Shown: piece after piece, positions 1 to 12,073 of the stretch
Layout: each line of letters opens with the position of its first letter
How positions within the stretch are numbered: position 1 is the first letter of the stretch
Source: Podarcis vaucheri
Lineage: Eukaryota
Assembly: GCA_965113315.1 (NCBI GenBank)
Contig: OZ220367.1
Strand: one strand, 5' to 3'
Length of the DNA: 64,000 nucleotides
The notes under the pieces: generated by a model
The model's input: the letters and a program-made list of their open reading frames with translations, nothing else
What the model was told of the DNA's origin: nothing
The model's database searches: none
Program-made: the position numbers and the translations under genes

Positions 1-707
1 AGGTTTTTTTTGGCAAACCATAGTTTGTTGTTACACCAGAACCAGAAACTATTGTTTGTGTCTGCCTTGTTAAGCTTGTTTGTGCACTTGCATTAAATCC
101 TGGCCATTGTCACTGACAGTTGGGTCTCCTTCTGCCTTTAATGCAGAGATGGGGAACTTCCCCCCCCCCCTTCTGGGCAACATTCCAGAGCTCACAAGCC
201 AGAGGCAAAAGTAACCAAAGTGGCAAATACAAATTTTACCTTTGTGCCAGTTGTCTGCTTTCAGCATACAATCATACACCCGTCTTTATCCTTTAGCTAG
301 TCTGATAAAAACACTCAAGAATAGTATGTATGCTAGTCTGATTAAGGTTGTGGTTGAGGTTTGTGTGTGGCTTGGAAGAGGCCTTAGAGTCAGATAGAGA
401 GGCCTGGAGGGCTGACATTCCCCAGACTTGCTCTAGTGCTTATGTGAGCTGAAGAATTATGGATAGGAACTGGAAATCTGGCAAAGCAAAGCAAATTAAA
501 CTTCTTAAACTTCTAGTTCCTTAACCTTTAGATGTGGCAGTATGCAAGTGAACCAGAAAGCAGATAGGTAGGGTGAGAATTTGGTCTGTGCCAGACTGAC
601 AAGAAGTCTTTATTGGACTAGGCAGAATCCTTGCGTCACCTGATTGCCTCAAATCTACAAGCTGTTGCACAGAATGAAGCAAGCTAGCAGTTCCATTCTC
701 TGGAAAG

Positions 708-869
708 CATGGGCATAGCCAGGATTTGTTTTAAGGGGGGCAGGCATTGTATTAGGGGGGCAGAACCGAGTTATTTGTGATGCAGTTGGTCAGTTAAGTA
801 TTTTTATTTATTTACTTGATTGAGGGGGGGCAGCTTCTCTCCCACCCCCACCCCCGGGCTACACTCATG
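708..869. mobile_element. hAT-type MITE
   Basis: TIRs catgggcatagcc / ggctacactcatg; 8-bp TSD ctggaaag / ctggtaag (7/8). Confidence 0.75.
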
Positions 870-2014
870 CTGGTAAGCTACCAGCAGTAGCAGATAGTAT
901 GGCACGTCACCACCTCTCACCTGACAGTCCTTCAGTCTGGCACATCACTGCTGCTTACTGGTGAGCAGAGGGGAAAGGTGGTAGCAAGCTCAGCATGGTA
1001 CAAATCCACTGGCTGAGCCAATCCAGCACTGTGCCAACATCAACACTGATTCATGCCACAGAAACAAAGGTTACTTGAGTACCACCGTTTGGAGTCCTAA
1101 AATGAGACCTCTTGTGCCTTACATCTCCAGCATGCTTGTTTATTTATTTAGCAAGATTTATACACTGCTTAATCAAAATAACAAGAATCTATGAGCTGCT
1201 TACAAAACTGAGGCAAAAAAGAACCTTTCCCAGACCGTCATTGTTTTTCAGCCTGAGTCATTCTTCTGAGGGCTCATAAAATGAACTCTTTTTATTCCTC
1301 TGCCAAGGCCGAAGTAACCTACATCCAGAAGGAAGTGTCCAGCTGGTTAGATGGAAAATATAAGTGGTGTAGTAAAACTTTTAAGTTAGGAATGCCAGCA
1401 AGAATCTTCCTACCCTTACTTCAACTTTTTTTTAACCATGTCCTTATCTCAGAATACTATGTATTCATGAATTCCTTGAATATTTTAGGCTTAAAATGGT
1501 TTTTGGAAAGTGGCAGGGAGTTACAATAACAAAAATATTGCTTCCATCCTTTCTTATAATTAGTGTCTTTGGTGCTGGAGATGGGAATGGAGTAAAAACT
1601 CTAAGTTGCTGGAATTATGGTTCAGAGTTCCCCACTTCATTTTCTTAATGTAACTCCCTGTCAGTGGTATTTGCCTTAACCCCCCACTCACCCCAAACAA
1701 GCAAACAACTCTGCCCAGTTGCCTTTTAAAGTATTAATGTAACAAGCTGAAGGCTTTTCAGGACTGCAGGAATAGGGCAGGAATTCTGGGAGATACTTTC
1801 CTTGCTTCCCCTCCCCTTCATGTGAAAGCTATCAGACTTAACAGGGCCATCTAGGCCCTGCTTCTAAGCCACCTGCACCCCTGATTGGCTCTCCCACAGC
1901 TGCAGTAATTTTCTTGCTCTAGGGCTGGTGCGTTGCCGATCATATCTCCTCTGCAAAGGGCTGCAAAGGGTAGGTTGTTGTGCTACTTGCATGATGAATA
2001 ATTCCTCCCTCATA

Positions 2015-2451
2015 CTGTGGAACCTTGGTTCTCAAACACCTTGGTACTCAAACAACTTGGAACCCAAACACTGGAATACCCGGAAGTAAGTGTTCTGGTC
2101 TGCAAACTTTTTTTGGAAGCTGAACAGTGAGTGTTACACTGAGGTCTGTCTGTTTTTGCTATTTATTTTGTGTTTTTGTTTTTGTGGCCCTTTTTTCTGT
2201 GTGACTGTGTGGAACTCGGTTCAGCTACTGATTGATTGTGTGGGTGCAGTACATTGTTTATTGCTTTCATTTTATGGACCCATGATCTCATTAGATAGTA
2301 AAATTCATGTTAAATTGCTGTTTTAGGGGTTGTTTTTAATAGTCTGGAACAGATTGATCCATTTTGCATGACTTTCTATGGGAAAGCGCGCCTGGGTTTT
2401 GGAACACTTTGGTTTTGGAATGGATTAAGTTTGAGAACCAAGGTACCACTG
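2015..2451. mobile_element. Tc1/mariner (Tigger-like) MITE
   Basis: TIRs ctgtggaaccttggttctcaaac / gtttgagaaccaaggtaccactg, TA flanks. Confidence 0.85.
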
Positions 2452-3169
2452 TATATTTAGGGCATAGGGAAAATAGCTTAGTATGCATGTTACCTATCTA
2501 AAAACATATTTGCTTGCCCTGGAAAACTTCACACCGAACCTTCTTCAGCTTCCAGCACAGGGCGGCTGCTATAGACAGTATACATAAATCAATAGAAATC
2601 ACTAGCACATTTCCCCACTAACATAGGCTATCAACATTAGTGGCTTAAAACACAGTGCTGCATTTCTTGTATTTGCATGCTTCTGTACACACCAGAGAAG
2701 GGAACAGGATGTCTTCACCTGTATAGTTTCCCTGTGCCCGTAGACTCTTCAACTCGTATTAATGAATCTGTCGTCTGCGCATGTGCCACAGCTGCCTCGA
2801 GTGTGCACACCTCAGCGTAATTTCAAAGTGAGTGTGGCTTGTTTTCCAAACCACGTGGAAGTTGTTTTGAGGGGACATGCATCTATCGGCAGTATTTCTG
2901 ATAGTAGTTAATGCCATGTGCTTCAAACACCAGGGTTGGGGAGTGCTTTGGAGCCAGAGTAAATGGTAATGTGTACACAACCATAGATTATTCTGCCCCT
3001 TGTGACCAAAAAAGATTTCTCTAGGTTTGGATGCAATACCACTGCAAAGTTGCCTGGACGTCACTCCCATCTTTCCATCGGGCCCATGGTTGCATACAAG
3101 CAGTCTGGGAAGTACTTATGGTCAAAAAGTGACTAATACCATTTCTTGTTAGTTTGTGCAGAGCCTTAA

Positions 3170-3671
3170 AACCTGGAGTACCATGTCCAGTTCTGGGCAC
3201 CACATATTGACAAGCTGGAATATGTGTAGAAGAGGGCAACCAAGATGATAAAAGGGTCTTGAAACCAAGCCTTATGAGGAACGGCTGAGGGAACTGAGCA
3301 TGCTTAGCCTGGTAAAGAGGTGACTGAGAAGAGGTATGGTAGCCATCTCTAAAGATCTGAAGGGCTGTCACATGGAGGTTGAAGGAAGCTTGTTTTCTCC
3401 GGCTCTCGAGGCTAGAACTGGAACCAATGGCTTCAAGTTACAAGAAAAGGAGATTCCAACTAAACATCAAGAAGAATTTTCTGACAGTAAGAGCTGTTTC
3501 AGAGTGAAACAGACTCTCACGAGAGGTGGTGGACTCTCCTTCCTTGGAGGTTTTCAAGCAGAGGTTGGATGGCCGTCTGTCATGTATGATCTAGTTGAGA
3601 TTCCTGCACTGCAAGAAGTTAGTTAGACTAGATGACTCTTGGAATCCCTTCCAACTCTACAATTCTATGAT
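3170..3671 (+). mobile_element. CR1 LINE 3' fragment
   Basis: ctggagtac...gtccagttctgggcacca, tatgaggaacggctgagggaactg and ccttccaactctacaattctatga tail typical of CR1. Confidence 0.88.
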
Positions 3672-4974
3672 AATGGATTGTTCTTATGGATCTCAGTTCT
3701 AATTTTACTAACACATAATAGGTTTTGAAGTGTTTATTATATCCCACCTTTTAAAAAAAAATGAAAAAACCGATTTGTAAAATCTTGGGGCTACCAGTCA
3801 TGCACTCGGATCCGCACTCACTTAGCTTCAACAATGCTTCAGTATAATTCCTCAAAGTTTTTTTTAAGAAACCTTAGTCTCTATTACTGTAGAAGGTTTG
3901 TACTCCAATATGCCTTTGTATGTTGCGGCTCCTGACACTGTATCCCTTCAAGTGCAGATTTATTTATGTAGCAAAATTTATATACTGTTTGATTGTAGGA
4001 AAACCTCTAAGTGGTTTACAAAAGATATCCTGTATCTTTACAGACTAGCCATTTAAGAAGTGTTTGATTGCATGTTCCCAAATTTTTCATCCTTTATTTA
4101 TTGCAGCTAATGGATCACTGCAGACCACCTTTTTTTCTTACACTTTGGCTGCAGTCCTTTGCACATTTACCTGATATTTAGACCCATTGAGCTCAATGGA
4201 CTTACTTCTGAGTAAACATGTATAGGGTTGCTGTATTAACTCTAAGCTTACATATGATTAATAGGGTCATTGTTAAGTAATTAAAAGACTGGGAGCATAC
4301 TACCATGTCACAAATTTATATAAGATTTGCCTCTACTAATGTATATGTATAGATGCTTCTGGCAAATTAAGGTGGCGGCTGGGTGGGATCTCAATAGCTT
4401 GGTGCTTTGCAGTGCTCCCAGCTGCCCTAGAATAAACAAAGGTTTATTTAAGTTTTAAAAGAGGAGAAGGGGGCAGGAGGCCCAGAACCCACCACAAAAG
4501 AGCCATAGCTTAGCCCCCCCCCCCGGTCAATCCCCACCCTCACCCCCAAACAATGCCTGACATTTATTGGATACCATTCAAAAGGCTTATCTGTGCTACT
4601 TTTCTCTGGAACTCTACTTGGTTTCTTTTGTTACAAGCAGCAGTTATTACTCATGCATATCAGTCTCTCTCTTAGTCATTCCGCTGTAACTGCAAGGTCA
4701 GTTTTAATGAAGTAGCTTCATATTGCTAAATATTTTGGAACAGGGTTGCAGTCTAGATTTCTCTCATGGGGTAAAAAAAGTGACGTTGGTTGAAAAAGCA
4801 AAGGAAGATAACATCATAAAGGTGAACTTGTGCAATTCTTGTGTCCTCTGGATTATGGACTGATGAGTGAGGTTGTTCATATCTCTCTGCCTAAACAGAA
4901 ACCCTGAATGTGCAGTGTTGTGTGTTAAGCAGAGTCCCACTTCCCTGTCTGACCTGCCCAAATTCATGTCCATC

Positions 4975-5103
4975 TGGCTGTTAAACCAGATGGTTGGTGG
5001 TTCAAGTCCACCTAGGGGTGGCTGTGGACAGGATTCCTGCATTGCAGGGGGTTAGACTAGATGACCCCCTGGGTTCCTTCCTTCTTGTAATTCTATGATT
5101 CTA
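4975..5103 (+). mobile_element. SINE fragment with tRNA-like B box and CR1-type tail (Squam2-like)
   Basis: ggttcaagtcc B box then ttcctgcattgcagggggttagactagatgacc...attctatgattcta, shared with the CR1 3' end at ~3600-3670. Confidence 0.65.
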
Positions 5104-5545
5104 GACTGTCATGGGCCTTGGAGGGTCACTGCCTTTTGCCACGATTCTTCACATTGCTTGTGCTGAGGAAGTTTGTCCTCAGAAGTAGGCAGAAGTATCA
5201 CTATATTTTTAGGATTTGGGGAACTTGGGCATTGGGAATAGCCTCCACTGTTTTATTTTAAACCTTTACTTCCCTTGAGGACACCTAAAAACATATCAGT
5301 TATAGGTCTTGTAAACTATTACTAGTTAAAATAACTCAATGAGATCAAGTATTAAGTCTCTTGAGAAGATTGTGCTTTGCAGGAATTCATGCTATACTAT
5401 AATTGTATCTGAATTGGCATTTTCAGTTTTATTTTTAAAAATTATTCAATTTGCAAAAATTAAAATAGCACCAGATATGCAAGGTCCAGAAATGTCTCAG
5501 CAAGTGACATGATCCAGATTTTCTTTCTCTGTGTGGCTCTTACAG

Positions 5546-5855
5546 GTTTGTTTGTGGGTGTGTTTTTTTTAAAAATGGGACTGTTGAGAAAGTAGGAACT
5601 GAAGAGGTGAAGCAGCAGCATGTGAAATTCAGCAAAAGGATTAGATTTGGCGCTACACATTAGTTTCTGTACAGGCTCTTAGACATAGCCTCTTGAGACG
5701 AGAGCAGACTGTCATCCTGTATAGCTGAATACAGTTGGCTTGTTTGGGCTGCTTGGCGTGTGTGTGTTTGCTCTTGCATTCCATATCCAATGTAGCTTTT
5801 GCTTCAAGTGGATGTGATTTGGTTCAGCAGACTGTGGATACTTAGACTGCAGAAG
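5546..5855 (+). other. PLCE1: Candidate alternative, apparently non-coding PLCE1 exon homologous to the mammalian PLC-epsilon-1b N-terminal exon
   Basis: Acceptor ttttctttctctgtgtggctcttacag|G and donor AAG|gtatgg; frame from 5595 reads GTEEVKQQHVKFSKRIRF, resembling the recalled human isoform-1b GMEEVRQLHVRFCKGIKIW; in-frame stops at 5661, 5694, 5793. Confidence 0.6.
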
Positions 5856-7795
5856 GTATGGTTCATTCATTGTAACCAAAGGTTTTGTTTCATAGTACGA
5901 ATTACAGAACTGCCTTTAAAGAGCAGAAGAGTGTGTTTTCTAAGACCTTTTGCAGTAATAAGCAGGATGCTGTTTTCATTGAAACATGCTTTGTGTTTAT
6001 ATCAAGATTTATTAATGTGTGCAAAAGTAATAAACAGCTCTTTCTTAAAGAAGGTTCTTCCTTTCTAACTAATTGCTAAACTCTGTACACAGAAATGCTT
6101 TTATTGTTTCCTAGTTCATTGCTGGCCTTAAAGCCAGTTTGTGTTTGAGTTTATATTATCTTTATGTCGTTTGTTGCCAATTTTAAATATGTTTGCTGCA
6201 AGTATCTGGTTACTGGTTCTCATTCTGGCTGTATAATCATAGTACAATTGCAGAATTAAACTTCTTGCATTAGAAACCTTTTTAATGAGGCATGGTTTTA
6301 AAATGCTAGCAATTTGAACAACCAATCTATTCATTAAAATTTAATATTAAGTAAGCTGCATGTAATAATAGACTTGTGTTTACTTGGAGGATAAAATGGA
6401 TTTCTGCTGTGAGTCTAACATGATAGCTGAAAATCTGTGTATGATTTTGAGGTTTCATACTGCAGTTGTATTGAAACATTTTTACAGAATCAGATTTAGA
6501 TTACTTTTGAAAGATTTTGTTCATGTTTCCTCATCAAACATTTGTGTATTCCATATAAAATGTCTAGGTACTTTCTGTTATATATATGATAGAAATCCTA
6601 ATAAAGTTATTTGCTTACTTTATGTTGCATACTGTTGTAGTTAAAATAGCTCAGTTTGATTTTTTTTAATGGTTATGTCAGTGTACTTTACTGGAACTTA
6701 CAATATGTACTGTATTTTAGGAATTTAAGCAATCAAGACTACATGACTAACATAGTAACTTACCCATTCTGATAAATTGAACTGTTTACTATCTTAAACA
6801 TTATGGCAGTTCTGAAAAATTACAGTAACTGTGACAAGTTGTCCTATTCTAAGTAGCGAAAGCAAAGTTCTTACACTGTGACTTAAACTTGAATGACAGC
6901 TTTACTGAATCTGCTCACTTCAGAGTTGATAGAAAACTAAGCCTCAATGCATTAATGACTTAATTGGATGGTTTGATAATATACTCTCTCTCTATCCCTG
7001 TTCTCTACCATATAAGCATGAAGGCAAGTGTATCCCTAAAGGAGCATTTTGCTATATTTCTACATTTATTTTTATCACTTTATATAATTAAAAATATTTT
7101 TTTACTATTACATTGCAAAGGATTTCCAGACTCTAACTTAACTTGTATTGTTGAAGATATGCATGGAAGAGACTGTTTACGTTGCTATGGTTTCACAGAC
7201 TGATATTTATGATATGAATTAAGAACAGGTAAACTTATTGAAAAATATCACCCTAAACTGGTAATAATATAATATTTCTGTACTTTTTCATCGGTGACTA
7301 TTTTATGTTGCCTCGAAAAGAGGGGGAGGGGGAATCTTAAAGATGGTGATAAGGAGCTAATACAATAGTATGGGAGTTTCTAAACATCTGCCTTTATTGT
7401 GTGTGTTTTTGTGTGTGTTCTGTAAACTATTTGGCTGTTACAGCACTAGACTGAATGAGACCCGTTCTTCACACAGAGGCTTGAAGGTCCCTAATTGGTG
7501 GGATTCTGCCAGTTTTCCTCACTCCCCAGTACTTGGGACTGTATGAATCTTTATATGTTAAGAAGGAGGATCAGAGATGAACTGTACTGTTTTAGTATTG
7601 GGCATAAGCTGTTGCTCTAGTAAGAGAAGAAAAGGCAGAGACGATTAATGTCGGTACCCAGCACTAATACTGAATTTCTCCTCCTCCTCTGTAAATATTG
7701 ATTTCATACACTCACCCTAACAGTCCTCTTCAACTATCAAATCTGATATATTGTTGAGGTGATTAATATGTACTGCTTCAGACTGCAGGTTCAAG

Positions 7796-7796
<1 letters not shown>

Positions 7797-7826
<30 letters not shown>

Positions 7827-7836
7827 CTGATTGATT
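7797..7836. repeat. (GATT)n microsatellite
   Basis: Direct reading. Confidence 0.95.
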
Positions 7837-10110
7837 AAATAAATACTCTTTCATGCAAACACATCTGCACATAGAGAACTAGTATGTAAGGAGAAAAGCT
7901 TCTCTCTGACATGCTCGTTTTCTGTATGCAATTGTCTCTTTGTAAAAGATCCAGTCATGTGAGCTCCCAGTCTGAAATTGTACAGCTGAGACGCAGATTT
8001 ACCACCCCCGTACAAATAACAAAACATGCTTGAAATATTTAGTTTTCTTTTGTGCTTTTGTCCATTTGAAATGAGGAAAGTAAAAAAAAAATTGCCTCTG
8101 ATTGGAAGTCCCAGATTAGTAAATATTGGTGATCTGTCGGCTTAAACACTGGGAGTTGTCTCTCTGGGGACTATAGGTGGTGGTGTCCATGTGGTGTCCT
8201 ACGTGATGGGAAATAGTAAGAAGTGCCAACATTAGGGGAACAGTTAAAGCACTCAACAGCAATTTGGGGTTTATTTTGTGGTTCATTGTGCTCCTCGGGC
8301 TCCAGCACTCAGAAAAACAATTTGCCTTGTCTACTTGGGTTGCACAGATAATATTTGGCAGCACTATATAAATATTTGGCAGTAATATATAAAGCAGGGT
8401 GCCAAACTCAAATGTGTTGGAGGACTGAATTGTGGGCCCAGTGGAGGCACAAGGGGCAACGCCCAGAATCTCTAACTGAATCACCAGTTTTGCTTCCCTA
8501 CATCATTCGAATTCAGTTTGCAGCCTGTCTGCATCTTGCTTGCCAACATTCTTTTAGCATGCGGGTGGGGGGACACTGGTGGCCCCCTCCAGAGGTTGCT
8601 GGACTATGATTTCCACCATCCTAGACTGTTGGCCACGCTGGCTGGGGCCGGATGTAAATTCAACAACATACGGAGTGCTACTGGATCCCTGTCATTGTTT
8701 TAGCAGCAGCGCCATCCCACTTTCCTGCTCCCTCCTTCTGCCCACCATCTTAGACATTCTTTGCCTTGCCCTTAAAAATCTACTCTCATGCTAAAGCAGA
8801 GGTCACTAACATGGTTATCAGCTACAGCTCTCATCAGCCCCAGCCAGTATGGCCTGTGATCAGGATGGATGAATCTTGTACTCCACAATATGCAGAAGAC
8901 ACCACCTTAGCTAACACGGCAATAAAGCAACTGGTATTGCCCATCCTGCTAATTTAAATAGAAGAAGCTGATGCTAAGGCATTCAGTGGCCATCCTTGAT
9001 AGATCATCTCCTTTTCCCTACTAAGTATGTTGGCTTTATAGTCCTGCAAATGTTTTAGGGACAATTTATGTGGGTGTAGTGGTAGATTGAGGTGAGCTGT
9101 AGTTATGGGTCTGTGCAAGCCACCAGACTTCGTTTGCTCATTCAGATGTATAATATAAGGCAGTCAACCAGTTTTTATCACGTAATTAATTCTAAAGAAA
9201 GCTTAAACCCTTCTCTTGTATCTCATGGCAGTTCAACTCAATCACTTCATATTTTTGAGGAGTTATCATAGTAGTGGCATATACCACTGACCATAACATT
9301 ACAAATTAAAGGAGCATAACTGCACATCAATTTTTGCAAGCAAGTTGTAATATACAAAGAATTTCAGTTGAAACTAACACATATATAACAAAATAAATCT
9401 AATGGATGCCTGAACTACAGTTCCTGTCTCTGTGTTAGTCTCCAGAGGATAAGAGAAGTTAATATAAAGTATTTTTGTTTTTCTGGTCCTAAGCCAAATG
9501 TTTTCAATTCAGATGTCTCGTGTGACATTGAACTCCAGCAGGAAAAGACAGAAAAGCTTTATCCTAGACCTTTAATATATTACTGGCTTAAGTATACTTT
9601 TACACAGTGACCGTGTTCTCACATCATCCTAAACCATGGTTTAGTGCTACGTGGATGAGCTGAACAAGCCAGGAGCAGGACTTTGACTGAGTTTTGTTTG
9701 GCTTTTAAAGAAACCTTGTTTTCCATCAATAGATTTCATAACAAGCCAATTTAAAATGGTGGGTTATGCACCTGGCTTCTTAAACCAATATCCCTGGTTC
9801 AAACATAATGCTAAGGCAGCAGGACTCTTTAAAAAGTGAAACTAAAATCTCCCAGTTGCACTGGAAGAGGAGTGGGGAATGTGTGAACCCAATACTTTGT
9901 TCGGTCAAATCCAGACGTGCCCATGTAGTACTGAACTATAGTTTACTGTTACTTGTGAAAATGATCTTCCTTTACTGACTCTTACTTGGCCTGGTTTGAG
10001 TTATAGATTTATCCACTAGATGGGCAAGATTAGTTGGCTTCTTCTTCCCATTCTTCCCCTCCCCCGTGCAAAATAAATTCAATCCGGGCTGATTAAACTT
10101 CACATTTTAA

Positions 10111-10200
10111 GGCTGCAATCTTAGATCTACTTACCTGGGAGTAAGTACCATTGAGCTCAATGGAATTTCCTCCTGAGTAGATGTATATAGGATTGTGCCC
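10111..10200. repeat. ~90-bp palindromic interspersed repeat (other copies ~4147-4232, 21211-21302, 21360-21448, 38528-38613, 46525-46602, 50533-50625)
   Basis: gctgcaatcc...acttacctgggagtaag..ccattgagctcaatgg...ctgagtag..atgtataggattg consensus. Confidence 0.75.
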
Positions 10201-10236
10201 ATATGTAGCTTTCCTATCTAGTACTTTAAAGGTACA

Positions 10237-10602
10237 GTGGGACGCGGGTGGCGCTGTGGGTTAAAGCCTCAGCGCCTAGGGCTTGCCGATCGAAAGGTCG
10301 GCAGTTCGAATCCCCGCGGCGGGGTGCGCTCCCGCTGCTCGGTCCCAGCGCCTGCCAACCTAGCAGTTCGAAAGCATCCCTGGGTGCAAGTAGATAAATA
10401 GGTACCGCTTACCAGCGGGAAGGTAAACGGCGTTCCGTGTGCTGCGCTGGCTCGCCAGATGCAGCTTGTCACGCTGGCCACGTGACCCGGAAGTGTCTCC
10501 GGACAGCGCTGGCCCCCGGCCTCTTGAGTGAGATGGGCGCACAAACCCCAGAGTCTGTCAAGACTGGCCCGTTCGGGCAGGGGTACCTTTACCTTTACCT
10601 TT
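10237..10602 (+). mobile_element. Sauria SINE (Squam1), full length, young
   Basis: tRNA-like head gggacgcgggtggcgctgtggg with B-box gttcgaatcc, (accttt)n tail, 15-bp TSD tactttaaaggtaca (10222-10236, 10603-10617), CpG-rich. Confidence 0.92.
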
Positions 10603-12073
10603 TACTTTAAAGGTACATGCAACTGTTTCACAAATCCTTTTTACCACCTCCCAGTGTTGTAAAATTAAAGATTATGGAAACTATCTAGCATATAAGGAAA
10701 ACATACTGCAATATATATTTGTGCTAGAATTCTTTTCACAGCTTTCGGGGTAAGACAATGACTTCATTTTTCAAGTCATTTTTGTACATTTTCAAAGTCT
10801 GCATGTGAGCCATAGAACGCTTTGAGGAGAGAGGACAGCTTTGCTTGGATTTACTGCTCATTGGACAAAAAGTATGTCTTGAAGTTCTGACACACTTCGT
10901 AGGGAGAGAATATTCTTGTTTGTGTGAGATGAGAGTTTCCAGAACATACCTGTGTGTCATTCAGAAACAAGACTTGCTGTTTTCAAGTGTTATGACGAAT
11001 ACAGGGTGCTCCCAGGACAATGGATTTTATTATCTCACGTTTTTGCTTATTACACATGTAGAAACTCAACCTTTGCTCCATAAAAATTATTCCAAAATCC
11101 ATTTTTGGGCAATACCTTTGTGAGCCTAACTAAAATATCACAAAATAGTGTGCATGCTTTTGAGTTCTGCAGAACTCTTTGTCAGGCTAGATGGTAAGCG
11201 AAGGTTGGGAAGGGGGAAATTGCCTGTGAGTCTACATCTGATCACACACAGTCTCAAAATGTAAAGTGAGAAGATGTAGCAGGCATTTAAATAGGCTGTG
11301 TTAAGTGCTATGTAGGTTTTGGGTTCCATCAAATGGCTGCTGGGAAGAAGGAACATGACATGATTCTCTGAGAACAAAAAAACCCAGCTGTTATTCAGTC
11401 TGTCTATGTCTTCAGGTGAAACACACAGGTTCCTTCATAGGAGGAAAACAGTAATAAAAAGGAACCAGGCAGGTTTCATATTATTGCATATAATATAATA
11501 TAATATATAATATAATATAATATAATTATGGTTCCTATCTGCATATTGGCACAGTATGAGAAAAAAATCTGCTTTCCATTGCAGTGTTTATGCTGTTAGT
11601 TTTTAAGGTATTATAATGCCAAACTACTTTTGACAACTCAGGAAGCGTTTTAATCTTTACACCTGAAAAAGGGTTTCAGTACGGTAATTAAATTTTCAGG
11701 ACCATTCTGTTTCCAACCACCATAGTTCAGTCAGAACACTGAAACCTCCATTGTATAATTGTTACATAAAGGTTTTGTTCTGAGTTGTATATATATGTGT
11801 GTGTGATTTGCAACACCTTCTTGAGTTATGGCCTGTTTATATAGAGTTACAGGCCAGCTATATCTCCAGTCTTGTTCTTCCACAAGTTATTTATGATTGT
11901 TTACCTTTTACAACTGAGATAGTTTACAGATCCAAGAATGGCTTGTCCATTGTCTTGAGTGTGTCATCTTTGAAACCTATCACTGCAGAACATTTGACAG
12001 TAAATAATTACTGTGATACTGCTGAAATTGTATGGATAAAAATTAGTTTCAAACCACCCCAATTTCTGAACTG

